A DNA stretch of 64,000 bases. Origin: Vermamoeba vermiformis (taxonomy: Eukaryota). The notes beneath the pieces are model-generated. The model did no database searches and was not told where the DNA came from. It saw nothing but the letters and a program-made list of their open reading frames with translations. The DNA lies in contig JBEWZL010000146.1 in NCBI GenBank assembly GCA_045837725.1, positions 1 through 64,000 on the forward strand, given 5' to 3'. Made by a program: the position numbers and the translations under genes. Below, piece after piece: positions 1 through 18,200 of the stretch. Position 1 is the stretch's first letter, and every line of letters begins with the position of its first letter.

Positions 1-333
1 CGATTAATTGCGCGATTTCTTTCTTTTGTTGCGCGACTAAATTCTCTTTTTTGTTCTTCTGCAGCTTAATTCGACTCTCTGCCAGACGTAAATGAATTTT
101 CCTAAAATTATGGATCAGTGCGCAATTTAATTTTAAGGAATTTTTAACAAAGCGACCCACATTAATAAGCAATATGTGTTATTATTTGAATTATTTCGGA
201 TTTTCGAAAAATATTGTAGTGTCGTGTCATCTGTGTAGGTACTTGTAGTGACTTACGCTTGTTGAGGGTTCCATGGTGGGGGTCGATTATTATCTGATCC
301 AAATGAAAAGAACGAACTTATTTTATTGAGCAT
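1..333 (-). CDS. IST1: IST1-like ESCRT-III-associated protein, 5' part (runs off window)
   Basis: Spliced reading MLNKISSFFSFGSDNNRPPPWNPQQA|KIHLRLAESRIKLQKNKKENLVAQQKKEIAQLI matches the IST1 N-terminal helix pattern; GT-AG intron at about 103-256. Confidence 0.7.
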
Positions 334-465
334 CGTTGTGGTCTCCGTTCAAGCATGCATTAAAATCATTCAATTTCGAAATTGCGCAACAACAACAGCA
401 CTAACACGTGTCAAGCATTGATGATCAGTACAACAGCTGCTCATACAATTAAGGACCCTATTTAA

Positions 466-2245
466 TTACGTGTAACAGTTCGGTCGTTGCGGCAAACAGA
501 GATTGTAAAAGCAGTCAGCGCGGAACAAATCCACCGCGTGCCAGGCACACCACCGGCCACTGACTATTGACTGGATCTGTTCAGCGCCAGTGTAGTGCGG
601 ATCGAGGATCAAGAAGCGTACCGAGCCCGAAGCAGGGTGGCGCATGATGCCCAACAGCGTGTAGGCGAGCACACCGCCGCCAATCATCACGGGAGCACCG
701 TGCTTGGTCAAAGTGATTGGCGAGCTCACGCACAACGTCTGGCCTGGCGAGATCTGCGCCCGAGGTGAGATTGAGCAGCTTGGAGGGCAGGTGGGCCCAG
801 TGATCGAGCACCAAACTGACCTCAAAGGCACCAATCCACTCGCGCGAGTTGATGAAGCTGCGCGGCTTGTCGTTGAGCTCGACGAGTGCACGCTGAATGT
901 CTGCAATGGAGGGCACGGCACGCGCCATGTAGTGCTGGTGTTGCAGCCACGAGCACAGTGTTTGCAGCGAGCGATAGGCACAGCCCCAGCCCTCGTCGTT
1001 GAACTGCTCCTGCTTGTAGTGGTAGTACTCGTAGCTGCCATCGATCACGTGCAGTGTGCTGTCTGCTGGCATGTCTATATATGGCAAGTTAGTCAGTGCA
1101 GCATTGACACGTGTCAACAATGTCTCACCTTTGGGCAGTGGCACACTCAAATGCACGTCACTCAGTCGCGAGTGCGTGGGAGCAGCGTGCCAGATGACGG
1201 CGGAATTAATGCGGAACATTGGTCTGTTGGTGTCAATCAAGTACTGCGTGTGGTACTTGACGCGTTGCAGCACTTGCTGTTCCTCGCTCTGCCAGGGTTG
1301 ATAGAGCGCAGTGACGTAGTGCTCGACGCCAGTCACGTGATAGTGATAGCTCTTCACTGGACCACGTGACGCGAATTCTCGCACGACGTACTCGTATTGA
1401 CGTGTCAGTGCGCTGGTGATGAGTTCGAGTGCCTGACTGACAGTGCTGTCGAGTGGGAGATAGCAGAGGAGATCGTACTCCACGTGACAGGCAGGGGTGA
1501 CATCGCGTGCAGGGTGACACGTGACACTCGGAGCAGTGAGCGGTGCCGCACTGGTCTTGTTGGTCAGCACCGCGAGCTGTATCGGCAAGTGTTGTGCGAG
1601 GGGGTTGTGGGGCTTGTGCTTGCTCGTGTCGAGGGCTGCGAGTACTGCACTCAGCGTGCGATGCGTGTCCGTGTTGAGCACCTGGTGCTGCTCGTGCGTG
1701 AACAGCGTGTACTGCGCGGCACTGACCACACTGCGCGGTGCGAGGGCGGTGCTGCCGGTCCAGCGCAGGAGTGTGTAGCAGAGCGCGAGGTGTTTGAACA
1801 GCTCTTGACGATCCATGCTCGTGTGCGGCACTGCAGCAGCACTGTCCTATATATGGAGCATTAGCGAGCGAGTTGAGGGCACTGAGGCACTGACCACACG
1901 CGTGAATACGAGTTTGTCCGAGTACGCGCAAGTGACGAGTCCTGCTGTGCTGGGCAGCGGTGTGTCCGCGGGGTGGAAGGTGCCTAATATTGAGAGACCT
2001 CCCACAAAATCTAGCTCGTGCTAGGCATTGGAGTAATTAATTATTAATAGTTGAAAATGAAAATAATTATAAGGATCCAGCCAGCCAGCACGTACCTGTT
2101 GTTTCACGATTGATAATATATACAATTTTACAGCTGTATCTGTTTCATGTTTAAGACCTAATAAATAGCCGCTCTCTTTGCTAGCTGCAGACAATTGATT
2201 GATCTTGTTCTGCTTTGCGAATATGACCTCTAATGTCTTGCTCAT
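466..2245 (-). CDS. UFSP2: Ufm1-specific protease 2 (peptidase C78); one apparent 1-nt frameshift near 705
   Basis: YYHY..DEGWGCAYRSLQTLCSW (catalytic Cys), SREWIGAFEV, PVMIGGGVLAYT, FLILDPHYTG (Asp/His), FYNLCLPQRP; two upstream exons. Confidence 0.92.
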
Positions 2246-2431
2246 TATAATGCTATATATATGCTGGATAGTGTTACTGCTGTTCAGCTCGGTCACAAAT
2301 AATAACACGCCGCACCAACAACACAATTCACCGCACAATGTCGATGTCGAATCCAGACAGACAGACAGAGACAACTTGAGATTTACAGCTAGAGATATAT
2401 ATTACAGTGACTATGTACAACGCGCGTGCAC

Positions 2432-3642
2432 CTATTTGCGCACGACTGCGAAGGGTGTGGTGCTGAGCTGCACACTGCTCGTGAACTGCAGCAGTGACTC
2501 GCGCTTGGCCGCACGCAGATGATAGAGTGTGCGCAGCTGTGTGTACTGCGCGACGAATTCGCTCGGGGTGAGGGGCGCGTGCAGCTGTGTGGCCAGGCTG
2601 CTGCTCTGCGACTCGATCTCTTCGCACCCTCGCGCCAGACTCTTGATGATCGTGTCGGTCGCGTATTTCTAGTGCGCGGTGAGTGTCTAGCATACTTATA
2701 TATACTAGATATATACAACATTATATACACGACATACCTTCATGACCTCTTGCTGACGCGTGGCCTTGAGCGTGAACTCCTCGCGCAGCTGTTCCACGCG
2801 GCCCTTGCACTCCTCCAGCTCCACCTTGCACTGCTCGACCACACTCTGCAGCGCGACATTCTTGCTGATTAGCTCTTGATTGCGCGTCTCCATCTGACGG
2901 CGCACTTCATTCAAGGTCTGCACGGACTCCAAGCGCTCAAACAACGCGTCGCACTCGTGTTCGTCGTTCAGTAGCGCATTCAACTGTTCCAGACTCAGCG
3001 CGCGCAGCTCATTGAACTGCTCGGGTATCGCGCCCATGCCGTACACGCTGTTCGCTGGCGAGGGCTTGGGTGCTGCGTGGACACTCGGAGCAGCTCCGAT
3101 GTGCGGTGGATCTTGTTGAAAGAATTGCACGAGTTCCGCGACCAGTTTGCCGAGGTTGTTGTGCAGGGTCCACGTCTGCAGCTTGGGGTGACTCTCGGTC
3201 TTGATGGTGCCGTCTGTTTTGTTAATAGCGCGGTGCGAGAGTTCAGCGGCATTGGTGCCTTGATTGGTGGTCAGCGAGGAGACTGAGACCGCTAGATGTG
3301 GCGCTGATTGCGGGAAATCTGGCCGCAGTTGACTGATGTGGTAAATTTGGTGAGTGGTTTGAATTGCACGTCATATATTCCTCTAGTTAATACGTACACT
3401 ATCATAAAGAGTGTGGGCTTGGAGTGGATTTGCACTGGTACTTCATACAGTTGATGACGAACAATTTCTCTGACATCATTACAATATTGTCGCAGCGATT
3501 CTATTTGTTTCAATCGCCTACAATATTATTGTCAATTATTTTATTATTTTTCGAAAATTTAGGAATAATGAGCTTGAATTCTTGACGTTTGATTCGTCAC
3601 TTACAATGCTTGCGTGTCCGCGTTAAATGTAGTGTAAGACAT
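2432..3642 (-). CDS. VPS37: ESCRT-I subunit VPS37-like (UEV-like N-terminus + Mod(r) C-terminus)
   Basis: LRPDFPQSAP..WTLHNNLGKLV (UEV-like); FNELRALSLEQL..coiled coil..EFVAQYTQLRTLYHLRAAKRE (Mod(r)). Confidence 0.8.
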
Positions 3643-3820
3643 GGCAAGTACGACTCATATGGTGTACTATTGGGAATACGTGCTGTAATAATTATACGAA
3701 AGCACGGAAAAGTGAGTTCCTCGCCTGCTGCTGGCGATATGACCTGTTTGGATCGCAATTGTCGGGATAGATCCACTATTACAACGCAATAAGAAGACAA
3801 ACACATTAAGGAGACATACA

Positions 3821-4759
3821 ATGTCGTGTTTTAAACAAGTGGATTTATATTTGAACTTGAACATTAGAACAGCGCTGTTGAAGAATCCGATCGAGGGTGT
3901 CCACTTAGAACTTCAACGATATATTTTAAAGTAAGGCATTTGCAAATTAAACAGCACATAGCTATTGATTACCGATATAACAGTTTTCGATTGGTTCAAT
4001 AACGCTCGCATCCACGAACAATAATATTATTTTTATAATTATCCATTAATAACTATTAGATTATAATGGCGTATATTTATCACTATCAATAGCAGTATGC
4101 TGCGAATTAATATTCTCGATCGCATCCCTAACTGAGATCCGATCAGGTACATCCCAGCCCTGGAAGGCGTGTTGCTGACATACCGATCAGTGCGATTCAC
4201 AGATGCGAGTGGCGCAGTTCAGCCCTGGACCGTGCCCACAGTGCGCGTGTCAGTCGTGTGTCGCGCAGTCATTTTCTCACCCTCCGTCGGCACTGTACTG
4301 CGCGCACGCGTGAAGCGCCTTGGATCTGACTACATAGCTCTGACAGCATGGGACACTTGGAACATTACAGTGCCGAAGAACAAGCTGGGTGATGTGGACA
4401 AGAGCGAGTTTGTGATTGGTCAGTTGGTGCAGCTAGTGGTGGACAAGCTGAATGTGGTGAATGACATGTTGAGCATGACGGGCTCACTCGCGCACGACAA
4501 CACGGGCATTGTGCACGGTGCACCCATCATCAGCGAGCCCGTCAATGAACCGCTGCCCGTGCCCAAGAGCGAGACCAAGGCCACTGAGAGCAGCATCGAC
4601 ATCAGCGCGGAGGTGAGCAAAGAGAGTGCGCTGAAGAAAGAGAGCGCTGAGGCTGCTGACACACCGCGATCCAAGTCGAAGAAACGAAAACACGATGAGA
4701 CCGAGCAGACTGACAACAATACTGTTGAGTCACCGAAACGGAAAAAGACTAAGAACTGA
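3821..4759 (+). CDS. RPA43: RNA polymerase I subunit A43
   Basis: NPIEGVHLELQRYILK|YIPALEGVLLTY..FSPSVGTVLRARV..SDYIAL; Lys-rich C-terminal tail. Confidence 0.8.
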
Positions 4760-4958
4760 ACGAATAATATAAATAGCTTGTAGAACTACCACGTGACTTT
4801 GCAGCAATTTAGTTTAGACACGTGACAAATCAGTGTTGCGCGTGGAATTAGTGTTGCCGAACTGTAGCGCATTAAGAGCACATTTGTCGTAGTATATGAG
4901 CCGAGACTAGGGTGCTGCAGATAGTCCTAGTCTCACGTGTGGGATCCAGCAATCAATC

Positions 4959-7900
4959 ATGTCGCAAGCCCAGTTCTGGCTGTACAGCGAGGGCGATGAT
5001 AAATGTACGCCACTAGTAATATTGATTGCACGCAGTATGATGTGAAAATCATACTAAGATTTTTGCTCTTAATTTTCTGGATGCAATTATCTAATTATTA
5101 TTAAACTAGACGTTACGCAGCAGCAACAAGAAGAAAAAAAGAAAAAATTATTGCAATTATTAAAAGAGGTTATTCAGCAATTAATTGCCGAGGCTGTGGA
5201 TCACAAAGAACAGATCAGTATACAAAATCCTGCCGCATTCAAATTGTGTCAATTGATAGAACTCATATTATCTAATGGACTGAGGGGTAAGCATACTTAG
5301 TATAAATTATTCTCTGGATCCCAGTGTAGATCTGATCCAGTAATACAGAGAAATTTGGAGAGTTGCCAACCTTTTGGAAGTTGATTGAACAGCCCAAATA
5401 CTTAAGGGAGCTAGATATTCCAGAAATTGATCTTAAACGACTTGACATTCTCAAGTGTCGGATCTGGATCCGTTACGCGCTGAACAAGAAGCGAATCGGA
5501 ACATTTATTGGCGAGGCTATTAGCAATACTGCTCTAGTCAAGTAATGTCTGCCTAATGTTCTTATACATGCTAACCACCTTCCAGCCAATGGTACCACGA
5601 ATGGGCGCTGATCCGCGTACTGGATCAGAGTACCGTCGCAGTGCACTTGCTGCTGAGCTTGGAGACGATAGACTTCAAACTGTCGCTGCACAACATTGAA
5701 TCGCATCCCGATGAGGAGCTGCTCGACTTGAAGAAGAAGGCCCTGGCTCGCAGCAGCACGGTGAAGAAGAAGCGCAGCAAGCTGGTGTCGATTGAGAGCA
5801 GCAGCGACGCATACGAAGGGTCACCGCGCAGTGAACGCAGTGCTGTGAGTGACGCGCTGTCTGAGGCCAGTGAACTGAGTCGCGGCAATGACGAGCTCGA
5901 AGCACTGCGCGCACAGCACAGAGCCCTGGTGGAGCAGCATCAGGCCCTGGTAGAGCAACTCCGCGCACACGAACAGCGTGCCAGTGCTTTCACTGAACGC
6001 GAGAACAGTCTGCAGCAAGAGTTGAGTGCTTTCACTGAACGAGAGCGCGCGTTGCAAGAGTCGAGCAGTGACATCGCGCGACGAGAGCAGGAATTGACGC
6101 GTGTCACTTCAGATGTCAATCAACGCACTGCAGAGATCACAACGCGCGAAGAGCAGTTGACCGCGAGATTGCAGGAGATTGAACAGCGAGAACGCGCACT
6201 GGCACTGCGCATGGAGGAGGTGACTGGTCGCGAGCACGTGACTGCACAGCGCGGCGAAGAGTTGGAATCACGCGCTCAAGAACTGACGCGGCGCGAGAGT
6301 GATTTGACACTGCGCGCTGAAGACATGACACGGCGTGATCGCGATCTCGTGTCACGTGCTGCAGAGTTGACTGGCCGCGAGCAAGATCTCGCGAGAAAAT
6401 CGGAGGAAATATCGCGCAGAGAACAGGAAGTGACCGAAAAAGGCAATGAAGTCCGTCAAAAGATTGCAGATATTTTAGCGAGGGAACAACATGTGACGCG
6501 TCAACAAGAAGAGTTGCAAACACGCGAGCACGTGACAGCACAACGCGAAGAAGAATTGCGCGCACGTGATCAACACGTGACACAACTCACTGCTGCGCTC
6601 GACGAACGATCGCAAAGCCTACAAAAAACCGAAGAAGAATTGCAAACACGTGAAAAGCACGTGACTGAACAGCAGAGTGCGGTGCATCTCCGAGCAGCGG
6701 AGATTGAACAAAAGACACGTGATCTCGAAGCTTTGCAACAACAATGCGCGTCACGTGATGCAGAGCTGAATTCTCGCGCTGCAGAATTGCAAAGCTTGGA
6801 AGAGAGTGTGACGCGAGAGCGCGGAGAATTAAATCAAGCATTGCAAGAATTCAAAGAGCAGCAAAGTGCACTGTCACGTGAACGTGCAGCATTAGAAACA
6901 CGTGCTCAAGAGCTGAAGACGCTCGAGGATGATTTGACACGTGTCAAACGCGAACAAGAACATCAGCGCAGGTTGACAAGTGACACGCAGAGCAGTCAGG
7001 AACAACAATTGCAGGAATTAATTGCAAAGATTGCACAGACCGAACAGCAGTTGAGTACTGAGCGCAAAGAATTCGAAGTACAGCTGTCACGTGATCGTGA
7101 ATCTGCAAATATCGCCCTGAACGAAGCACGTGACCGAGAACAGCGCGCCAATGAGAGAATTCAAGCCCTGGTAGAGCGCGAGTCAGCACTGCAGGCACGT
7201 GTTGATGCGAGTGCACGTGATCACGAAGAGTCACGTGCCAGTCTGCTGTCACAGCTGTCAACACTGCAGTCCGAGTACAAATCTTTGCAAACACTGCACG
7301 ATGACACGACGCGGCAACTGTCACTCGTCTCAAATCAAGCCGGGGAACACAGTGTTGCAATGACACGTGTCAAAGAATTAGAGCAAAATCACGTGACATT
7401 GACGGAACAACTCAAGACTGCAGAGGACAGCAACAGACAGTTGAAAGATGAATTAAATTCTTTGCAGTCAGAGCTGACACGTGTCAAACAAGAGTCTGAG
7501 TCACAAGCACGTGATTTGGCGACAGTTCGTGAGGAACTCTCAATGACACTCAGTACACGCGATGACATGACAGCACGTGACAGGACTTTGCAGCAGACCA
7601 TTGACACGCAACAGCGTCAAATCACGCAACTCAATGAACAACTGCAAAGATTGACCGATCAGCTCAATGCTATGATCTCCGAGCGAGATACCGCACTGAC
7701 ACGTGTCACTGAACTCGAGCAAAGTCTTGACCGCGAGTCACAACAGCGCACGACTGCCGAGCAACAAGTGACAGCACTGACAGCTGAGGTGACAGGTGTC
7801 AAAGAGCAGCTCGCAACACTGCGGTCAGAGCTTGAATTGGCTCACCAATCACGTGACGAGCAGAGTGCCCTTGCCGATGAAGTTTCCTCTCTGCGCGCCC

Positions 7901-9498
7901 AACTAGCGGACCAACAGCAGCACCAGAGCGAGTCAGTGGCACGTGACCTGGAATTACTCCGCGCACAGAACAGTCTGCTGCAAGATCGCGTGACACTGCT
8001 CGTGCACAACGAAGAGGCACTCACGCGCAGTCAAGACACTCTGACGCAGGTGCGCGGAGAATTGCAATTACGTGACGAGGAGATTGTACGTCTCAATGAG
8101 GAAGTGGCACTGTTGCGCGCCCAGCTGAACGATCGCGACCAGACCGTGCTGGACGAGACTGAGCAAGACGAGAAGGACCGTGCCATCTCCGCAGACAGCT
8201 CGCTCTCGCAGACACCACTCGACCAGTCCCCGCTGTCACTCTCGGCCTCGGTCTCGCAGGGCCACAACACTCCGCCGACTGACTCACCGCTCGACTCGCC
8301 TGCACGCACGCTGGTGGCACCTGTCACTGCGAACAAGCTCGACAAGGTGGCCAGTCACAATCTCGTGCTGTACGATGACTACACACCCGATGCGACACCT
8401 CGTGCACTGCTGCAAAGCTTCAGTTCAGCACGTGACTCGGACAGCGAGGAGGAGGACGATGACATCATCTTGGCACCGAATGACGTCACCATCAAACAGC
8501 TGATCAAGCGCAAAGACAACGAATCAGACCCGCGCGAGGTGACAGAGCGACTGAAGACGATGCAGAGCGTGAAGACGCAGTGGCAGCCCCCCAAGAAACA
8601 GATGCACTACTACCCGCACGACAAGCTCGCCAAGAGTGTGGTGCTCACTCAGCAGGGCTATCTCTGCGCGGGCTGTGGCAAGCAACTGCTCATGCGCACT
8701 GGTAAGTGACAAGCTGTGACATGTGACGGGCGAGTGACACGTTTGACAGGTGACGTGGCCAAGAGTGTGCGGTACTGCGAGTACAGCGGCAAGTATTTCT
8801 GCACCACGTGTCACAAGAATGACAAGCACGTGATCCCAGCGCGCATCATCTTCGACTGGGACTTTAAGACCTATCCCATATCGGTGTTCTACAAGCAGTT
8901 CTTGAAAGAGATGGCGCGCGAGCCACTGATTGACATTCAAGCCCTCAATCCACAGCTCTATTCGCAGGTCGCGGAGTTCAAGTACATTCGTGTGGCGCGG
9001 CGACAGCTGTTCTATTTGAAGGACTTCATCTTCACGTGTCGCGACAAGGACAAGCTGCTCGACGAGTCCATCAGTACGCGCATTCACCTCGTGGACTCGC
9101 GCTACTACTCGCTGCAAGATCTGCGCGACATTCAGTCTGGCAAGCTGCACCAAGACCTCAAAGCAGTGCTGCTCAAGTGGGTGGCACATGTCGCGCGCTG
9201 TGACCTCTGCAAAGTGAAGGGCTCGTACTGCGAGTTCTGCAAAGGAAAAGATATTTTATATCCCTTCCAGCTCCGTTCAGTGATCATTTGCAGACACTGC
9301 AAAGCACTGGCACATCGCGCGTGTTACCGTGAAGACCAGTGCCCCAAGTGCATGCGCATTCAAAAGCGGCTCTCGTCCTCGGGCAACAACAGTCTGCACA
9401 ACAGCGGCAACACCAACACGAACAGTAATAATACCACGAATAGCACTAACAGCGCGAACAGTAGTCGTAATAATACGAACAGGCCCAACAAGAACTAG
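4959..9498 (+). CDS. RUN domain + very long coiled coil + Rubicon-homology (DUF4206) protein, PLEKHM1/Rubicon/DEF8-like
   Basis: RUN: LCQLIELILSNGLR..CRIWIRYALNKK..WYHEWAL; RH: QGYLCAGCG..CEYSGKYFCTTCH..IPARIIFDWDF..HVARCDLCKVKGSYCEFC..CPKCMRI. Confidence 0.88.
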
Positions 9499-9564
9499 CC
9501 GTGTAACCCATGATGTAAAATAATACCCGTGTTTAACTACTATACAAGTGCTGTGGTACCACGC

Positions 9565-14940
<5,376 letters not shown>

Positions 14941-15217
14941 GATCCACTTGATTAGTCGTACATTTGCATAATCGAATAAATTTTGCGTAAAACTGTTTCT
15001 ATTCAATAAAATTGTGATAAAAGCAGACAGTACTGCAGGCTTATTTAGTTTTTATTTTGGTTGGAAATTTCGCAAAAAAACACGTGGTAACGATTGGGGA
15101 CCGCAGGCACGGAGCTCGGTAAATTTTACAAAAGCCAAGTTCCGAAGCAACAAAAGTTCGCTTTTTGTAACTGTTCGACCCAGATTATCTGGCACGTAAC
15201 TGCTAGTTGTACTCACC

Positions 15218-18200
15218 ATGGATGCGCACCCACCAAAAAATTCTAGTGAGACGGAAGGAGATTCTGCACCAAAAATAAAGGTAAAGTTACGGAGTTAAAT
15301 TGAAAATTATAAAAAATAAATTAATTAAATTGTAATTTTCAGTTGTCTGGTTATCTTTTCAAGAGAGGTGACAGAGGACCAGTAAAGGCATGGAAAAAGC
15401 GTCATTTTCAGCTAAAGGGCTACAAGTTATATTACAGTAATTCCGAAGATGCCCCGCCCAACGGATTCATCGGTAAGAAGATTCTCGATTAATTGCAGTC
15501 AAAGTTTAGAATTCTAATATTAAGCCGAATAACATCTTTTGTGCAAACTTAAAAGTAATATTTTAACAGATTTGAGCCAAGTACAAAGTGTATCAATAAA
15601 CAGCGAAGTCGTGAAGAACAAAAAAGGCGCTAAAGGCCTTCAAGTATCAGTACCAGGTGCGGTAATCAGCGGAATAGATTGATATATATTGACACTATAC
15701 TAGGGCGTGATTATTATTTATACGCAACTTCTGACAGTGAAATCGAGGCAAGTAGATCCTCCGCCTGTAATTTGTAACGTTATTAATTCATGCTCTACTA
15801 GTACTGGCTCAAAGGTTTGAAAGAGGTTTTGATTGTAGCACGACAAGGCATTCTATTGAAGGGCCCAGTAAGTGTACAATACGTCTCGTGCCCGATGTAC
15901 TCACCATGGGACAGGTCGAGTCTATCGTGAAAAAGATGAAAGACCCCACGAGTGGCGTGGAAGTCAAAGATCGCAAGTACCACAACAAGACGTACGAACA
16001 GTGCTTTGTGGGCTCTGAGGCTGTAGACTGGCTGCAGAAACATCTCGGTATTTCACGCACTGAAGCTGAGAGCTACGGACAAGCGCTGATGGATGACGAC
16101 TGGTTGCACCACGTAGTGCGTCAACAACCCTTCAGAGACGGATATTTCTTCTACTCGTGGACCACCAAAGAGAGCAAGAGGTGCGTCTAATCATTCAAGT
16201 GTACGAATAACTAACGACAATTTCAACAGATCTCGTGTGGTCATTCTCGGCGGTGGATTTTCAGGTGCAACATTAGCACGACAACTCGAAAAAGACCCTT
16301 CATTCGATGTTGTGATGATTGATCGCAAGGTACATTATTGTCCTTCGAATAACATTAAGCATTTTGAAATTGACATTATCCAGACATTCTTCGAAGAGAC
16401 ACCTGCTGCCCTGCGCATGTTGGTCGAGTCAGAGATTCAAGCGTCAGTCAAACTCGTCAAAGAATATTTGTTGCCTCATTCCAGTTATCTACGCAGCACT
16501 CGTGTTGTTTATGGCGAAGTGTTGGAAGTCACACCTGAGAAGTTGATTTTGGACAAAGAGACAGTGTTCTTCGACTACTTGGTCATTGCTAGTGGCTCGA
16601 GTTATCAATCCCTGATTAAGGACGAAAATATCACGGACAATCTGCGCGCCGAACACATGAGCAAACAAGCCTATTCACTGAAAGAGAGCAAAGACGTGTT
16701 GATTGTGGGCGGTGGTGTTGTCGGTGTGGAATTGGCTGGTGAAATTGCTGCGAAATATGACGATAAGAACATTACTATTGTGCATAATGGCAGCAATCTG
16801 TACGTGCATTTATTTCCATAGGACCAATATTAACCGAATTGTTATAGATTGGAAAGAACCAACAAAACAACGGGCAAAGCAGCACTCAAATGGCTGAAAG
16901 ATCACGGTGTCAATGTGATATTCGAGGAGGAGGTCGAGAAGGGTGAGAGCGAGGGCTCATTTGCGTTGAAGAACAGCAAGCAAGTGATCAAAGCACAACA
17001 AGTGTTCTGGTGCACGGGTATTCGACCCAACTCGAGCTTTATGCGCAAGAACTTTGCCGATTGTCTCGACCCCAACGGATTCATAGTGGTCAACGAATTC
17101 TTTCAGGTCGGCAATCACGCGAACATATTTGCAGCGGGTGATGTCACGCACTGGAAGGAAGAAAAGACCGCTGAGCGTGCCATCGCTCATTCAGAAATGA
17201 TTGTCAGTCACTTGAAGAAGTTGAACAATGCGCGAGTGTTGAAAAAGAAGTACAAACCTCCTGGCAAGCCTGTGGCTCAGGTGATTTCTCTCGGACCTGA
17301 CAACGCTATTCTAGTGACGAATGGAAGGCACGTTAATTTATTTGCATTATTGCTTTGTATTAACACACATGCAGTTTTCTGTCTTCGGGCTCGATTCCCG
17401 CCAAGATGAAGCAATTCGGTTTCGATTATATGATGAATAACCTCAAGGGCAAGTCAGGCAAGGGTCGTGATGCTAAATTAGCCACGCCACGAGGCCGATC
17501 AATCACGCAATTTAAATTGCCCGTCGCCGTGTCAAACAAGAAAGTAAGTCCCGTTGACTACTCATATCAAGTGCTCATATTATATCAGATATTGGTACTT
17601 GATGGCAACGGTGTTGTTGGTCGAACAGTGTCTGCAGCGCTGGACGAGTACGGTGTCGATTTGATCACTGCTGTGTCCACTGACAGTCTGAGCGGGTGTG
17701 TAATGCTCTTAAAACTATTTCACGACATTGAAGCTAACAGTTCACGATTAACAGCGACAGAGACACGGACACTGTCAAGTACTTCAAATACGACGATGAG
17801 AAGTCCATCCAACGACTGTTCAGAGGTGTCGATGTGGTAGTGTTGTGCATGTTTGTGTCACCCTAAGCTGTCAACGCAACTGCAAGCAGTGCTCAACGTC
17901 ATGGCCACTATTAAAGATAAAATTCAACACGTCGTATTTGCTGCACCTGGTGGATACTTAGCTGAAGAAAGACAAAAATCACCCGTCGCTGAGTGGTATT
18001 TGCAAAGCGAAGTTCTGCTCAAAGAATCTGGCTTCAACTATACAATCGTGCGCTACTGCAAATTGTTCAATTATTTGCTCGAATTCACAGCTGCATTCAT
18101 TCGCAGTAACCGTGCCATCTCACTGCCAGTCACTAACGAGCAAAAGGTCGCGTTGATGGATATTACAGACCTCGTACAATGCATGATAGTGGTGCTCTTC

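Noticed and set aside
704-1931. Long antisense or alternate-frame ORFs over UFSP2 (similar ones over the RUN-RH, PI3K and paralogue exons)
   Set aside because: Shadows of GC-rich coding exons with no recognisable motifs
6090-8440. CRISPR array or tandem DNA repeat
   Set aside because: Recurrent units are only 6-12 bp, irregularly spaced and inside an open coding exon; no cas genes are present
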